Notes: generated by a model not told the origin, from the letters alone. Positions 10,930 to 20,344 are shown, counted from the stretch's first letter. The stretch: DNA of 53,333 bases from Vulcanimicrobiaceae bacterium (GCA_035505475.1 DATJQT010000175.1:1-53333), one strand, 5' to 3'. Program-made: numbers and translations.

Positions 10930-11220
10930 ATGCTGAAGATCACAGTGCAGGATGAGCCTGAGCACGTCAGGCTCCAACTCGAAGGCAATCTCGCGGGACC
11001 CTGGGTTGGGGACCTGGAGGAGGCCTGGCGGGCGGCACAGTCGACCCTCAATGGCCGCTCATTGTCCCTGGACGTGACAGCCGTCGGGTTCGTCGATCCA
11101 GCGGGCAGATACCTTTTGGCTCTTTTACGGTGCAGGGGTTCCCGCCTGATAGCGTCCGGAACGGTGATGACGGAGTTTGTCCTCACGCTTGAGGAAGACT
11201 GGTCTCCCAGGCATGAATAA
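10930..11220 (+). CDS. STAS-domain protein (anti-sigma-factor-antagonist-like), orphan
   Basis: 96 aa. MLKITVQDEPEHVRLQLEGNLAGPWVGDLEEAW...SLDVTAVGFVDPAGRYLL matches the SpoIIAA/STAS pattern. No partner kinase or phosphatase is nearby. Confidence 0.6.
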   Translation: MLKITVQDEPEHVRLQLEGNLAGPWVGDLEEAWRAAQSTLNGRSLSLDVTAVGFVDPAGRYLLALLRCRGSRLIASGTVMTEFVLTLEEDWSPRHE

Positions 11221-11522
11221 CAAAAAGGGGTAGGGTCTACTACCCACATTAGCTCGCGCTTGGGGGTTGGCGCGCACCTCCACATCTTATTTCCGCGTGA
11301 CGCCTCACGCGCGGCCTGCTCTGCGCGATTCTACACTGCCTGCACGGTCTCCCACTTATCGGGTCAGCCCCTTCTTTTGCGGCCAAAGAGCTCGCTCCCT
11401 ATCAGAATTGGGCGGGAGCCCGGCGCAGCTCGCAATGACTAGCGTCGCGGCTCGCGCCGTAGGGTTGAAGTTAAACCATGGTGCCTGTCGTGGCTTAGAG
11501 CGAAGCGCAACAGCCCAGTGCC

Positions 11523-12338
11523 TCAGGGACGAATCGGGATCGGACCCCCCTCTCCGAAGTATCTCTTCCAGAGGGTGTCGTAAGTGCCATCCGCCTTGGC
11601 GTTTTGAAGCTGGCCATTCACCCATGCGAGCAACTCTTGATCGTCCTTTCGCACGGCGACGGCTACCGGGTGTGGTGGCCGGAATTGGTTGCCAACAGCA
11701 GCCAATTGTGGGTACTGCCTTGCGAGTGCCCAGACCAAGACATCGTCCTCCGCGAAGGCGTCCACCTGGCCCGTCCGCAGTGCCTCGACTGCAGCAGAGA
11801 CGCTCCAGAACTTTACGAGTGTAACTCCCTGGATAGCCGGCCCCAAGACGCCCTCCTGAACGCCCTCCTGAACTGAGCCTTCTATGACAGCTACTTTCTT
11901 CCCCACCACATCCGGAAAGTCGCTGATGGAGCTGCCTCGGCGAACCAGCAGGAGAGAGCCGGACATCAAGTAAGGCTCAGAGAAAGCGAATACAGATGCA
12001 CTGTAGTCGGTGACCATCACGCCCGCTATGAGCATGTCGATCGATCCGCTGAGGAGAGAAGTGATTCGGTCACCCGCCTGGACCCGCTGAACCTGCAGTT
12101 TGCCCTCGTCGCCCAGCAGGTGCCGCGCGAGATAGCGCGCGAGGTCCACCTCGAAGCCGACGAGTTGACCGGTGCCGTCAATATACCCGAGCGGCGGAAA
12201 ATCCTTTCTCACTCCAACAATGAGCGCCCCCCGCTGCTTCGCCGCCTCCAGGGTGCCGGCGTGGGCCTGTAGGGCTGCGACGAGAAGCATGACCGCGACT
12301 TGTATGACAGCGAACCTCTTTCTCTGCATCGCACGCAC
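11523..12338 (-). CDS. Periplasmic solute-binding protein, family 3 (amino-acid ABC type), orphan
   Basis: Signal peptide, then GALIVGVRKDFPPLGYIDGTGQLVGFEVDLARYLA...DMLIAG...FSEPY. No permease or ATPase is adjacent. Confidence 0.8.
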   Translation of the reverse strand: MRAMQRKRFAVIQVAVMLLVAALQAHAGTLEAAKQRGALIVGVRKDFPPLGYIDGTGQLVGFEVDLARYLARHLLGDEGKLQVQRVQAGDRITSLLSGSIDMLIAGVMVTDYSASVFAFSEPYLMSGSLLLVRRGSSISDFPDVVGKKVAVIEGSVQEGVQEGVLGPAIQGVTLVKFWSVSAAVEALRTGQVDAFAEDDVLVWALARQYPQLAAVGNQFRPPHPVAVAVRKDDQELLAWVNGQLQNAKADGTYDTLWKRYFGEGGPIPIRP

Positions 12339-12687
12339 TCCGTAAACGGGTAGCGGTCGGTCGCTGTTCCGGAGTGACCAATGGCCCCGACAACGTTCAA
12401 GTGTTTCATCCCGGATGGCCGGTCAAGCGCCCGAAAAACAGCAACGCCTATTCGCAGTCCCTCATTTTGCCATCTTCCTTCGCTTTTTTTCTTCTTTTTC
12501 TGCGTTGTCTCCTCTCTTTCCTTCATTCTATCTATCGTTTCCAGTGCCGCTACAATCCCTGCTACGCTCATTTCTGTGTCCTTCCCTAGCCCGCGACAAG
12601 ATCCTGCAAATACTGCGCGTACCCAGTTAGAGATGTCTGATTTTCCGCCGATCACCCCAACCCACGGCCATCGCCACGAGCCTCCCG

Positions 12688-13293
12688 CTACGCCGCCTCG
12701 CTGCCGACGTTTGCTCTGCGCGCGAGAGCGCGCGCGGCGACCGTCGGGCATGTAGGGGCCCGGCCATTCCCGGGCTCCGCTCGCAGCCACCAATTATCGT
12801 CGACTTGGCCCGCGTCATGGCGCTGAGCTGCAAATCCGCGTTCCTCGACGCGTCGCCGCACGATCTCGGCGGCGGCATCGGCCGCGGCACGCACCTGCCG
12901 ACTCAAGCCCGCACCTAGTTCTAGGGAGGAGGGCACGGCACCCACGAGACACACATCGTAGGGGCCGGTGCCGGCGAGCCGCGCCACGGCGAGGGCCTCG
13001 GACACGGCCGGGTCGTGCGGGCTCACGCGCGGAGCGGCAGGCAGGCGCTCCAGCTCAGCCCCTTCGTACACCCTGAGTTCCCCCGGCGCCCCCCCACCCG
13101 CGATGGTGTCCACGATCACCACGGCGTCATGCCCGTGCAGGTAACTGATCAGGCCCAGCCCGGGCGTCCCCAGATCGAGCAGCTCCACCTCGGGCGGGAA
13201 CGCGTACCGCCTGCGGAGCAGCTCGACGACAAAGGGGCCGAAGCCGTCGTCGCCCAGGAGAACATTGCCGAGGCCGATGACCGCGAGACTCAC
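12688..13293 (-). CDS. hybD: [NiFe]-hydrogenase maturation endopeptidase (HybD/HyaD family)
   Basis: GTG 13293 overlaps the large-subunit stop (GTGA). VSLAVIGLGNVLLGDDGFGPFVVELL...LDLGTPGLGL...VVIVD. The long upstream part of track ORF 12688..13902 is antisense noise. Confidence 0.85.
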   Translation of the reverse strand: MSLAVIGLGNVLLGDDGFGPFVVELLRRRYAFPPEVELLDLGTPGLGLISYLHGHDAVVIVDTIAGGGAPGELRVYEGAELERLPAAPRVSPHDPAVSEALAVARLAGTGPYDVCLVGAVPSSLELGAGLSRQVRAAADAAAEIVRRRVEERGFAAQRHDAGQVDDNWWLRAEPGNGRAPTCPTVAARALARRANVGSEAA

Positions 13294-14987
13294 AGCACCT
13301 GCACCGTCGCGATCGTGCGGCCTGCCGGATCCAGGGTATGGCAGGCGCAGGCCATGCACGGGTCGAAGGAGTGCACCGTGCGCAGGATCTCGAGCGGCTT
13401 CTCGGGGTCCGCGATCGGCGTTCCGATCAGGGAGGCCTCGTACGGGCCCGGGAGACCCCCCTCGTCCCGGGGGCTCGCGTTCCAGGTGGTGGGAACGACG
13501 GCCTGGTAATTCGAGAGGACGCCATCCTTGATGACGACCCAGTGGGACAGCGTGCCCCGCGGAGCCTCGTGCAGGCCGACACCTTCGACCGGGCCCTTCG
13601 GGAAGGAGGGGGCCTGGTAGCTGGTCGTGTCTCCCTTGCTGATATTGTCCACCAGGCGCTCCCAGTGCTTGAGCGCCAGCTCGGCCAGCATGGCGCTGCG
13701 GACGGCCCGGGAGAGGTAGCGGCCCATGGTGGACTGCAGCCGATCGACACCGACCGGCCGCCCCGCGATCTTCGAGACGCGGGCCAGGGCGTCGTCGGTC
13801 CACTTGCGGGTGAGGGCATGCTGCTCTGCGTAGCCCACCAGCACGTTCGCCAGCGGCCCCACTTGCATCGGCTTGCCCTCGAAGCGCGGGGCCTTCACCC
13901 ACGTGTATTTCCCGTCGTCCCGGAAGTCGGTGTAGTACGGGTCGGTCTCGCCCTGCCAGGGATGCTGTGCCCCCCGCCCCTTGTACCAGGCATGGGTCAG
14001 GTCCTCGACGACTCCCTGGCGAAAAACTTCGTCGCGGGCGCCCGTAATCGGTTTGACGCTAGCCTGCTCCCCTCCCAGGATGCGTCCGCCCGGCAGATCG
14101 AACGCGGTGGCTTTTCCGTCCACCGGCAGATCCGGCACGGCCAGGTAGTTCCGCACCCCCGCCCCGATCCCGAACCAGTCCGGGTAGAAGCCGGCGATGG
14201 CGCAGGCGTCCGGGAGGTAGACCTGCTGGACGAAGGGCACGATCTCGTCGAAGAGACCCTTGATCATGTACAGCCGGTCCAGGTTGAGGGTGGCCAGGCT
14301 GTCGAAGTTGATGGCGTTCATCACCCCGCCCACGGCTAGGTTCTGGATGTGCGGTGTCTTGCCGCCGAGAATAGCCACCACCTGGTTGGCCTTCCGCTGG
14401 AAGTCGAGGGCCTGGAAGTAGTGGGTCAGGGCCAGCAGGTTCACCTCGGGCGGCAGCTTCATGGCGGGATGCCCCCAGTAGCCGTTGGCAAAGATGCCGA
14501 GCTGCCCACTCTGGAGCAGGGCCACCACTTTGCCCTGAACCTTCTTCATCTCCTGCGGGGAGTTCCCCGGCCAGTCGGAGAGGCTCGCCGCGATGGCCGC
14601 GGCCTTGGTCGGGTCCGCCTTGGGAATCGCGGCCACGTCCACCCAGTCCAGCGCGGACAGGTGGTAGAAGTGGACGATGTGGTCGTGCAGCGCGTGCGCG
14701 ATCAGAATGAGGTTCCGGATGAGCTGGGCGTTGAGCGGCACGTCGAGGCCCAGGGCATCCTCCACCGCCCGCACCGAGGCCATGGCATGGACGGTCGTGC
14801 ACACCCCGCAGAAGCGTTGGGCGAAGACCCAGGCCTCGCGCGGGTCGCGCCCGCGCAGAATGGTCTCGATGCCCCGCCACATCGTGCACGAGGCCCAGGC
14901 CTTGCTCACGGCGCCTCCGTCCACCTCCGTGTCGATGCGCAGGTGGCCTTCGATGCGGGTGACGGGATCGATGGTGATGCGACGCAT
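13290..14987 (-). CDS. hybC: [NiFe]-hydrogenase large subunit (group 1, uptake type)
   Basis: MRRITIDPVTRIEGHLRI, RFCGVCTTVH, and C-terminal HSFDPCMACACH followed by a 15-aa cleavable tail. Start at M150 of the track ORF, preceded by GGGGGA. Confidence 0.93.
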   Translation of the reverse strand: MRRITIDPVTRIEGHLRIDTEVDGGAVSKAWASCTMWRGIETILRGRDPREAWVFAQRFCGVCTTVHAMASVRAVEDALGLDVPLNAQLIRNLILIAHALHDHIVHFYHLSALDWVDVAAIPKADPTKAAAIAASLSDWPGNSPQEMKKVQGKVVALLQSGQLGIFANGYWGHPAMKLPPEVNLLALTHYFQALDFQRKANQVVAILGGKTPHIQNLAVGGVMNAINFDSLATLNLDRLYMIKGLFDEIVPFVQQVYLPDACAIAGFYPDWFGIGAGVRNYLAVPDLPVDGKATAFDLPGGRILGGEQASVKPITGARDEVFRQGVVEDLTHAWYKGRGAQHPWQGETDPYYTDFRDDGKYTWVKAPRFEGKPMQVGPLANVLVGYAEQHALTRKWTDDALARVSKIAGRPVGVDRLQSTMGRYLSRAVRSAMLAELALKHWERLVDNISKGDTTSYQAPSFPKGPVEGVGLHEAPRGTLSHWVVIKDGVLSNYQAVVPTTWNASPRDEGGLPGPYEASLIGTPIADPEKPLEILRTVHSFDPCMACACHTLDPAGRTIATVQVL

Positions 14988-15001
14988 GGCGGGTTCCCCC
15001 C

Positions 15002-16264
15002 TCAGGCCGCCGCCGGGCGGCCCCGGCGCACGCGCCTGAACATGTAGTTCCATTCCTCGGTCTCCGCGGGCAGCACCGCGAAGTACTTGACGGCGAGGCC
15101 GAAGGCCGCGACCCCGAGCGCGAGGTAGCCGAGGGTCATGAGCACCTCGGGGAGGGCCGGGAAGTAGCTGGCGTGTCGGCCCGGGTTGAAGGCGACGGTG
15201 GTGGGAACGAAACGGTAGCACAGCCCCCCCAAACACGCCAACGTCGCCATGTGTATCAGGGTGCGTGGCGTCTCGCGCGCGGCCCGGCTCCGGAGCATCA
15301 CGGCCGGGACGAGGATGAGCGCGGTCTCGACCAGGAAGAGGACGCTCATCTTGTCGAACGCGAAGGCCGCCCCGAGCTGTCCCCGCCAGGCGAGGTCGCC
15401 GAAGCGGACGGCGAGGAACCCGAAACACACCCACGACAGCAGGTTGCCCAGCTCCCCCAAATCTCCCAGATCGAGCGGCCGCGCGTAGCGCAGACAGGCG
15501 ATGAGGAGCACGAAGGTCACGAAGCCGAGCCCAGCCACGCCCGCGGCCATGAGGTAGAGGAGCGGCAGGAACGGCGTCTGCCAGAGAGGGTGGATCTTGT
15601 CACCGGCCAGGAGCAGCAGCCCCCCCAGGGAGGACTGGTGCATGAGCGGCAGGACGTATGCCCCGGTGATCACGAAGGGATAGATCCGCCGCAGGAAGGG
15701 CGCGGCTCCTCGGAGCGTGGCGCGGGTCGCGTCGCCGCCCGTGTAGTACAGCCGCTCCAGGACCAGCGGCAGATTCTCGAAGGCCAGGAACACCGCGCAG
15801 TAGAGTGGCATGCAGACCGCCACCTCGAGCATCGCCGAATGGGTGTTCCAGTGCCAGGGGAGCAGGACGTGCCAGAAGTTCCAGGCCCGTCCCACGTCGA
15901 AGCCGAGGGCCAGGAGCCCGGTCGCATAGAAGAGGAACCCCGTCACGAGGGCCGTCCGCATGATCACATGCAGCTTCTGCCGGTTGAACACCCAGGCGGC
16001 CATGCCCACCGCCAGCGGGCCCGACCCCAGGGCGGTGAGGGTCATGACGTTGAAGGTCTTCCAGATCCCCCAGGCGTACGCGTCGTTCATGCCGGAGAGG
16101 GGGCCCAGGGGCGAGAAGAACCGCACGACGGCCAGGCCGAGGCCGAGGGCGGCCAGCGCCGCAAAGAACAGCAGCGTGCGTGTGATCACCGGCTCGCGAT
16201 AGACGGGCACGCCCCGCTGCCAGTGGTTGACGAGGATCGTTCCGGTCGTGTCTTGCGCGCTCAT
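15002..16264 (-). CDS. hybB: Integral membrane subunit, NrfD/HybB family (putative quinone-interacting)
   Basis: 421 aa and polytopic (LLFFAALAALGLGLAVV, GIWKTFNVMTLTALGSGPLAVG ...). ATG 16264 overlaps the hybA stop (ATGA). Position matches hybOABCD order. Confidence 0.8.
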   Translation of the reverse strand: MSAQDTTGTILVNHWQRGVPVYREPVITRTLLFFAALAALGLGLAVVRFFSPLGPLSGMNDAYAWGIWKTFNVMTLTALGSGPLAVGMAAWVFNRQKLHVIMRTALVTGFLFYATGLLALGFDVGRAWNFWHVLLPWHWNTHSAMLEVAVCMPLYCAVFLAFENLPLVLERLYYTGGDATRATLRGAAPFLRRIYPFVITGAYVLPLMHQSSLGGLLLLAGDKIHPLWQTPFLPLLYLMAAGVAGLGFVTFVLLIACLRYARPLDLGDLGELGNLLSWVCFGFLAVRFGDLAWRGQLGAAFAFDKMSVLFLVETALILVPAVMLRSRAARETPRTLIHMATLACLGGLCYRFVPTTVAFNPGRHASYFPALPEVLMTLGYLALGVAAFGLAVKYFAVLPAETEEWNYMFRRVRRGRPAAA

Positions 16265-17199
16265 AGCTGCTCCGGGAAGCCGGTCTTCCGTTCGTGTTCG
16301 GGCCGTTCCGCCTCGTGGCGGTTCCAGTTCCGCTTGATCAAAGCGCCCAGCAGCCCCGCGACGAGAATGGGTCCCGAGAGCCACTTGTAGATCACCGACG
16401 TGACCTTGGTGGCGTAGTGACCCAAGGAGGTGGAGCCGAGCTTGGGGAGGCCGATCTTGTCGAACGGCACGCTGGACAGATAGAGCACCTGCGTTCCCCC
16501 CGCCTCGTGTTCCCCGTAGACCCGGTTCTCGAAGTACTTGCTCGGCGAGGCCGCGATGCGCTCTTTCGCCTTGGCCAGAAGGTCCATCCGGGTACCGAAG
16601 ACCACCGCCCCCGTAGGGCAGACGGCGGTGCAGGCCGGCTCCTGGTTCTGCTTCAGGCGCTGGTCGAAGCAGAACTCGCACTTGACGATCTTGGGGTTCC
16701 ATTGGTCCCACTCGAATTTCGGGACCTCGAATGGGCAAGCCACCTCGCAGTAGCGGCACCCGATGCAGCGCGAGCCGGTCCAGGTGACGGCGCCCCACTG
16801 ATTCTTCTCGAGCGCCCCGAAGGGGCAGCCGGTCACGCAGGCGGGGTCGAGACAGTGCATGCACTGCCGTTTGACGAAGGCAAAGCCGGGCCCCTGCGGC
16901 TCCTGGTAGAGCTTGATGATGTTCTTGGTCTTCGCGTTGAGGTCCAACGGCATGTGCCAGAGGCCCGCGGAAAGCGACGTGTCGGGCGGCAGGCCGTTGG
17001 CCTCGCTGCAGGCCACCATGCAGGCCTTGCAGCCCGTGCAGATCGTGCTGTCGTAGAGCATGGCCACGGCGCCCGGCGGGGCTTCGGGGTGCGCGGGGTG
17101 TTCACTGGCGGCGGCGGGCGCCGCCACAGCGGCGGCCACGGTCCCCCCAACCCCGACGATCCCCAGCAAGGCCTGACGGCGAGTGATCCCAGTGTTCAT
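16261..17199 (-). CDS. hybA: Tat-exported 4Fe-4S ferredoxin-type subunit (HybA-like) with C-terminal TM helix
   Basis: TRRQALLG twin-arginine signal. Several CxxCxxC(P)-type cluster motifs (CTGCKACMVAC, CMHCLDPACVTGCP, CIGCRYCEVACP, CTAVCP). Hydrophobic tail ILVAGLLGALI. Confidence 0.88.
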   Translation of the reverse strand: MNTGITRRQALLGIVGVGGTVAAAVAAPAAASEHPAHPEAPPGAVAMLYDSTICTGCKACMVACSEANGLPPDTSLSAGLWHMPLDLNAKTKNIIKLYQEPQGPGFAFVKRQCMHCLDPACVTGCPFGALEKNQWGAVTWTGSRCIGCRYCEVACPFEVPKFEWDQWNPKIVKCEFCFDQRLKQNQEPACTAVCPTGAVVFGTRMDLLAKAKERIAASPSKYFENRVYGEHEAGGTQVLYLSSVPFDKIGLPKLGSTSLGHYATKVTSVIYKWLSGPILVAGLLGALIKRNWNRHEAERPEHERKTGFPEQL

Positions 17200-18413
17200 G
17201 GTCGTTCCTTCGGGCCCGCATTCGAGCCCCCGTCGGGGGGTCCGCTCTCGGCGGGAGGTCCGGACCCGGGCACGCTCTGGTCGCCCCGCACGGCCGAGAA
17301 CTTGCGCGACGCCACATAGCCCGCCCCGAGAAGGGCGCCCGCCACGCCGCCGACGACGGCCGCGGCGGGGACGCTCCAGGAGCCCTGCGGCGACTCGATG
17401 GGCGCATAGGATTCGGGCGGCTTCGCATCGTGGATGGGGATGACCTGGAACAGCGGCACCCGGAAGGCCAGCTTCTTCTCGGTGCAGCCGATGCAGGGGG
17501 CGCCGATGCCGATGGGCCAGGCGTCCACGACCTCGTTGAAGTGGCGCGTGGAGCAGCCGGCGTGCGTCTCAGGGCCCTTGCAGCCGAGGTGGTAGAGGCA
17601 CCAGCCCTGCCGGTGGCCCGCGTCGCCGAACTGGCGCGCAAAATTCCCGGCGTCGAAATGCGCCCGTCGCGGGCAGTGCTCGTGGATGTCCCGATCGTAG
17701 GCGAACTTGGGACGCTTCTCGGCGTCCAGTTCCGGCAGCGTGCCGTTTCGCGCGTACTGAAGCACCGTGCCCAGGAGCGTGTAGGGATTGGGTGGACAGC
17801 CCGGAATGTTCACGATGGGCTTGCCCTTCACGAGGGCGTCCACGCCGACGGCGCCGGTCGGGTCGGGGTCGGCCGAGGGAATGCCGCCCCAGGCCGCGCA
17901 GGAGCCGATCCCGATCACGGCCGCCGCCTGCGCCGCCACCTCCTCGAGCATCGTGACCGCGGGTTTGCCGGCGATCTTCATGTAGATGCCTTTGTCTTTC
18001 GTCGGGATGGACCCCTCGACCACGAGGACGTACTTCCCGGCATTCTCCTGCATCGAGGTGCGAAGGGCCGCCTCCGCCGCCTTCCCCGCGGCGGCCATCA
18101 GCGTCTCGTGGTAGTCGAGGGAGATCAGATGGAGGATCAACTCGCCGAGGTCGGGCTTGGAGGTGCGGAGCAGGGTCTCGGTGCAGCCGGTGCAGTCCTG
18201 GAAGTGGAGCCAGATCACCGGGAGCCGTCGCGCCTTCGCGACCTCGCGCGCCACCTCCGCGGCGCGCGCACGGTCGGTCAGGGCGAGGCCGAAGGGGGCG
18301 GCCACCATGAGCTTCGCACAGAAGACGACGAAGTCGCGCCGGCTCACCCCGCAGCGCGCGATGTGCTGGCCGATCGTCTCAGACTTGCCACCCAATCCGG
18401 CTTCGCGTGACAT
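17196..18413 (-). CDS. hybO: [NiFe]-hydrogenase small subunit, Tat signal, C-terminal membrane anchor
   Basis: SRRDFVVF Tat motif, LHFQDCTGCTETLL, GSCAAWGGIP, IPGCPPNP, GWCLYHLGCKGP and PCIGCTE. C-terminal TM plus a Pro/Gly-rich tail. ATGA overlap with hybA. Confidence 0.93.
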   Translation of the reverse strand: MSREAGLGGKSETIGQHIARCGVSRRDFVVFCAKLMVAAPFGLALTDRARAAEVAREVAKARRLPVIWLHFQDCTGCTETLLRTSKPDLGELILHLISLDYHETLMAAAGKAAEAALRTSMQENAGKYVLVVEGSIPTKDKGIYMKIAGKPAVTMLEEVAAQAAAVIGIGSCAAWGGIPSADPDPTGAVGVDALVKGKPIVNIPGCPPNPYTLLGTVLQYARNGTLPELDAEKRPKFAYDRDIHEHCPRRAHFDAGNFARQFGDAGHRQGWCLYHLGCKGPETHAGCSTRHFNEVVDAWPIGIGAPCIGCTEKKLAFRVPLFQVIPIHDAKPPESYAPIESPQGSWSVPAAAVVGGVAGALLGAGYVASRKFSAVRGDQSVPGSGPPAESGPPDGGSNAGPKERP

Positions 18414-18588
18414 GGCATCCCCTCCAAAAAAACGTCGCCACTACAAGACTCCGTGCTTTTCAGGGGCGGGGGTCCACACGCGGGAGTCCAACTCAGGCGA
18501 GGCAGTGCAAGCGAACTCGTAGTGTCGCCTCGCTCGGTCGTATGCCGCGTTGGTACGGGAACACCGAGCCGCCCCCGAGAGAATGCTC

Positions 18589-19257
18589 TCAGCGATGCAC
18601 ATTGGATACGGCTCGCGTGGGCGGAGACTCCTCGTTATCGCTCCCGGTTACGGTATGACCCGTCAGCATGAAACGGAACAGGGTGCCAGGCGTCTCCCCC
18701 GTTGTCCCCAAGTAGATGTGGACCACCATGAAGAGCGATCCGAAATATCCAAGGTAGCTGTGTGCCATCGCCCACAGGGCGATGCCAGACAAACCGAACA
18801 GGTTCTCCGGCAGATGCTCGGGGAAGAACAGGGCCCATCCGGCGAGGATGACCATCGGGAGCAGGCCGAACATCACCGCCAGGTAGGTCAGCTTCTGGAG
18901 GGGATTGAACTTCCGCTCCTCGCTATGCGGAAAGGGATGGGGCTCCCCCAGAAAGATCCCCAGCAAATAGTAGCGGGTCTGGCGGAGCGCACCGTACGTG
19001 AGATCGCCGGGCACAAGCCGGTAGTAGCGGCCGTTCCTGAATCGGAGATTCCCGAGGAGAAAAAGGCCGTAGCACAGCGTCAGCAAGATCCCGGCCGCGT
19101 TATGGATCAGGACGCTCGTTCGGAAGCCCACTTCCGGCCGACCGGGCCCGGAGTAGTGCATGCTGAGCCCGGTAATCAGCAGCACTACGAAAAGCAGCGC
19201 GTTGCTCCAGTGCCAAACACGGAGCCAGACGGGATACTGACGGACCTCGCCTTTCAT
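18589..19257 (-). CDS. b-type cytochrome, Ni/Fe-hydrogenase/FdnI/PhsC-like (PF01292-type)
   Basis: 222 aa. MKGEVRQYPVWLRVWHWSNALLFVVLLITG, with conserved His in TM helices (WHW, LIHNAAG, AMAHSYLGYFGSLFMVVHIYLG). ATG 19257 overlaps the cytochrome c stop (ATGA). Confidence 0.8.
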   Translation of the reverse strand: MKGEVRQYPVWLRVWHWSNALLFVVLLITGLSMHYSGPGRPEVGFRTSVLIHNAAGILLTLCYGLFLLGNLRFRNGRYYRLVPGDLTYGALRQTRYYLLGIFLGEPHPFPHSEERKFNPLQKLTYLAVMFGLLPMVILAGWALFFPEHLPENLFGLSGIALWAMAHSYLGYFGSLFMVVHIYLGTTGETPGTLFRFMLTGHTVTGSDNEESPPTRAVSNVHR

Positions 19258-20123
19258 GATCGTTTCCTCATTCGATCGCCCAGCCACCGGCCTGCTGCGT
19301 GCGCACCGACCCCCAGAATGGTGACGGCCGTCAGGCCCAGCGTCCCCCAGTCGAGCCAGCGGTTCCTGGTGGCCCCACTGACATACGCGGTGTTGAAGAG
19401 GATCGAGTTCAGCCAGCCCTGTTCGGCACGCTCCTTCGCCGCGAGGTGCGTGTAGAGTTTGGTCACCAGCATCGAGTTGCGGGCATGGCAGGTGGTGCAA
19501 TCCCTCAGCGCCGCCGAGGCCGGGAGGACGAGATGGACGGTCCTTTGGCCGCTGGGGGTGTGACAGGCAACACATGGAGCGCTCCGGAGGTGGAGCTCCC
19601 AGTGGGGCACCCAGCGGTGCCGGGTCGCGAGCCGGTCCAGCGCGACCTGTCTCTGGCGCGCGGTGTCTCCCTTCGCGTGGCACCCCAGGCAAATCTGGTT
19701 GGCGGTGCGAATGGCTTCGGAGGCATCCTTCAGGCGGGTTCCCGGCACGAAGTAGTGCGGTGAATGGCAATTGGCGCAGCGGAATGCAGGATCGACCGCC
19801 TTGGCATGGACGCTCTCCTTGACCGCCTTCGCAATGCCATCGAAGTCGTAGGGTGAGGCGCCTTCGTGGCAAGCGGTGCAGTCGGGCGCGCCGGTCCGTG
19901 TGCCACTGTGCGGAAACGCCGAGAACCCTTCCGTGTGGCACATGGCGCAGTCCAGCTGCCCGTGCACGGATTGCGCATACCGCGCCGGATCGATCGTGGT
20001 GTCAGTCGGCTTGTGGCACCCGATACACGGCGTCTCGTCCGCCGCTCCGGCCTGTGGCATGGGAACAGCGCCCAGCACCGAAAAGACGAGGCCGACGAGA
20101 ACGCCCAGACGCAACAGAGACAT
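19254..20123 (-). CDS. Heptahaem c-type cytochrome with signal peptide and C-terminal TM helix
   Basis: Seven CxxCH motifs: CIGCH, CAMCH, CTACH, CANCH, CLGCH, CVACH, CTTCH. Start at MSLLRLGVLVGLVF (20123), preceded by GGGAG. C-terminal LGLTAVTILGVGAHAAG helix. Confidence 0.85.
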   Translation of the reverse strand: MSLLRLGVLVGLVFSVLGAVPMPQAGAADETPCIGCHKPTDTTIDPARYAQSVHGQLDCAMCHTEGFSAFPHSGTRTGAPDCTACHEGASPYDFDGIAKAVKESVHAKAVDPAFRCANCHSPHYFVPGTRLKDASEAIRTANQICLGCHAKGDTARQRQVALDRLATRHRWVPHWELHLRSAPCVACHTPSGQRTVHLVLPASAALRDCTTCHARNSMLVTKLYTHLAAKERAEQGWLNSILFNTAYVSGATRNRWLDWGTLGLTAVTILGVGAHAAGRWLGDRMRKRS

Positions 20124-20344
20124 GACCGTGTCTCCCGGAACCCTGATCATCGACCCCCGCCTATGCGGCTTCCATGCGCAAGATCTTGGGCGTGTCGAAT
20201 GCGGTCAATGCGACGCGGGGTACTCCGGATCCTCCCCGCGCAATCCCCGTGCTTGGTGGACACGGTGGAGGGGGCAAGAAATGCGCGAGCTTCGTTCGTT
20301 TGGCCTGCAGGCAGCGCCCGCTCGCGGCGGTGGGGGCCATCGAC

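Noticed and set aside
12209-12793. 194-aa minus-strand ORF crossing the polypurine tract (contains KKKKKSEG).
   Set aside because: It is a product of translating the AG-rich tract. It overlaps the 3' end of hybD and the 5' end of the solute-binding-protein gene.
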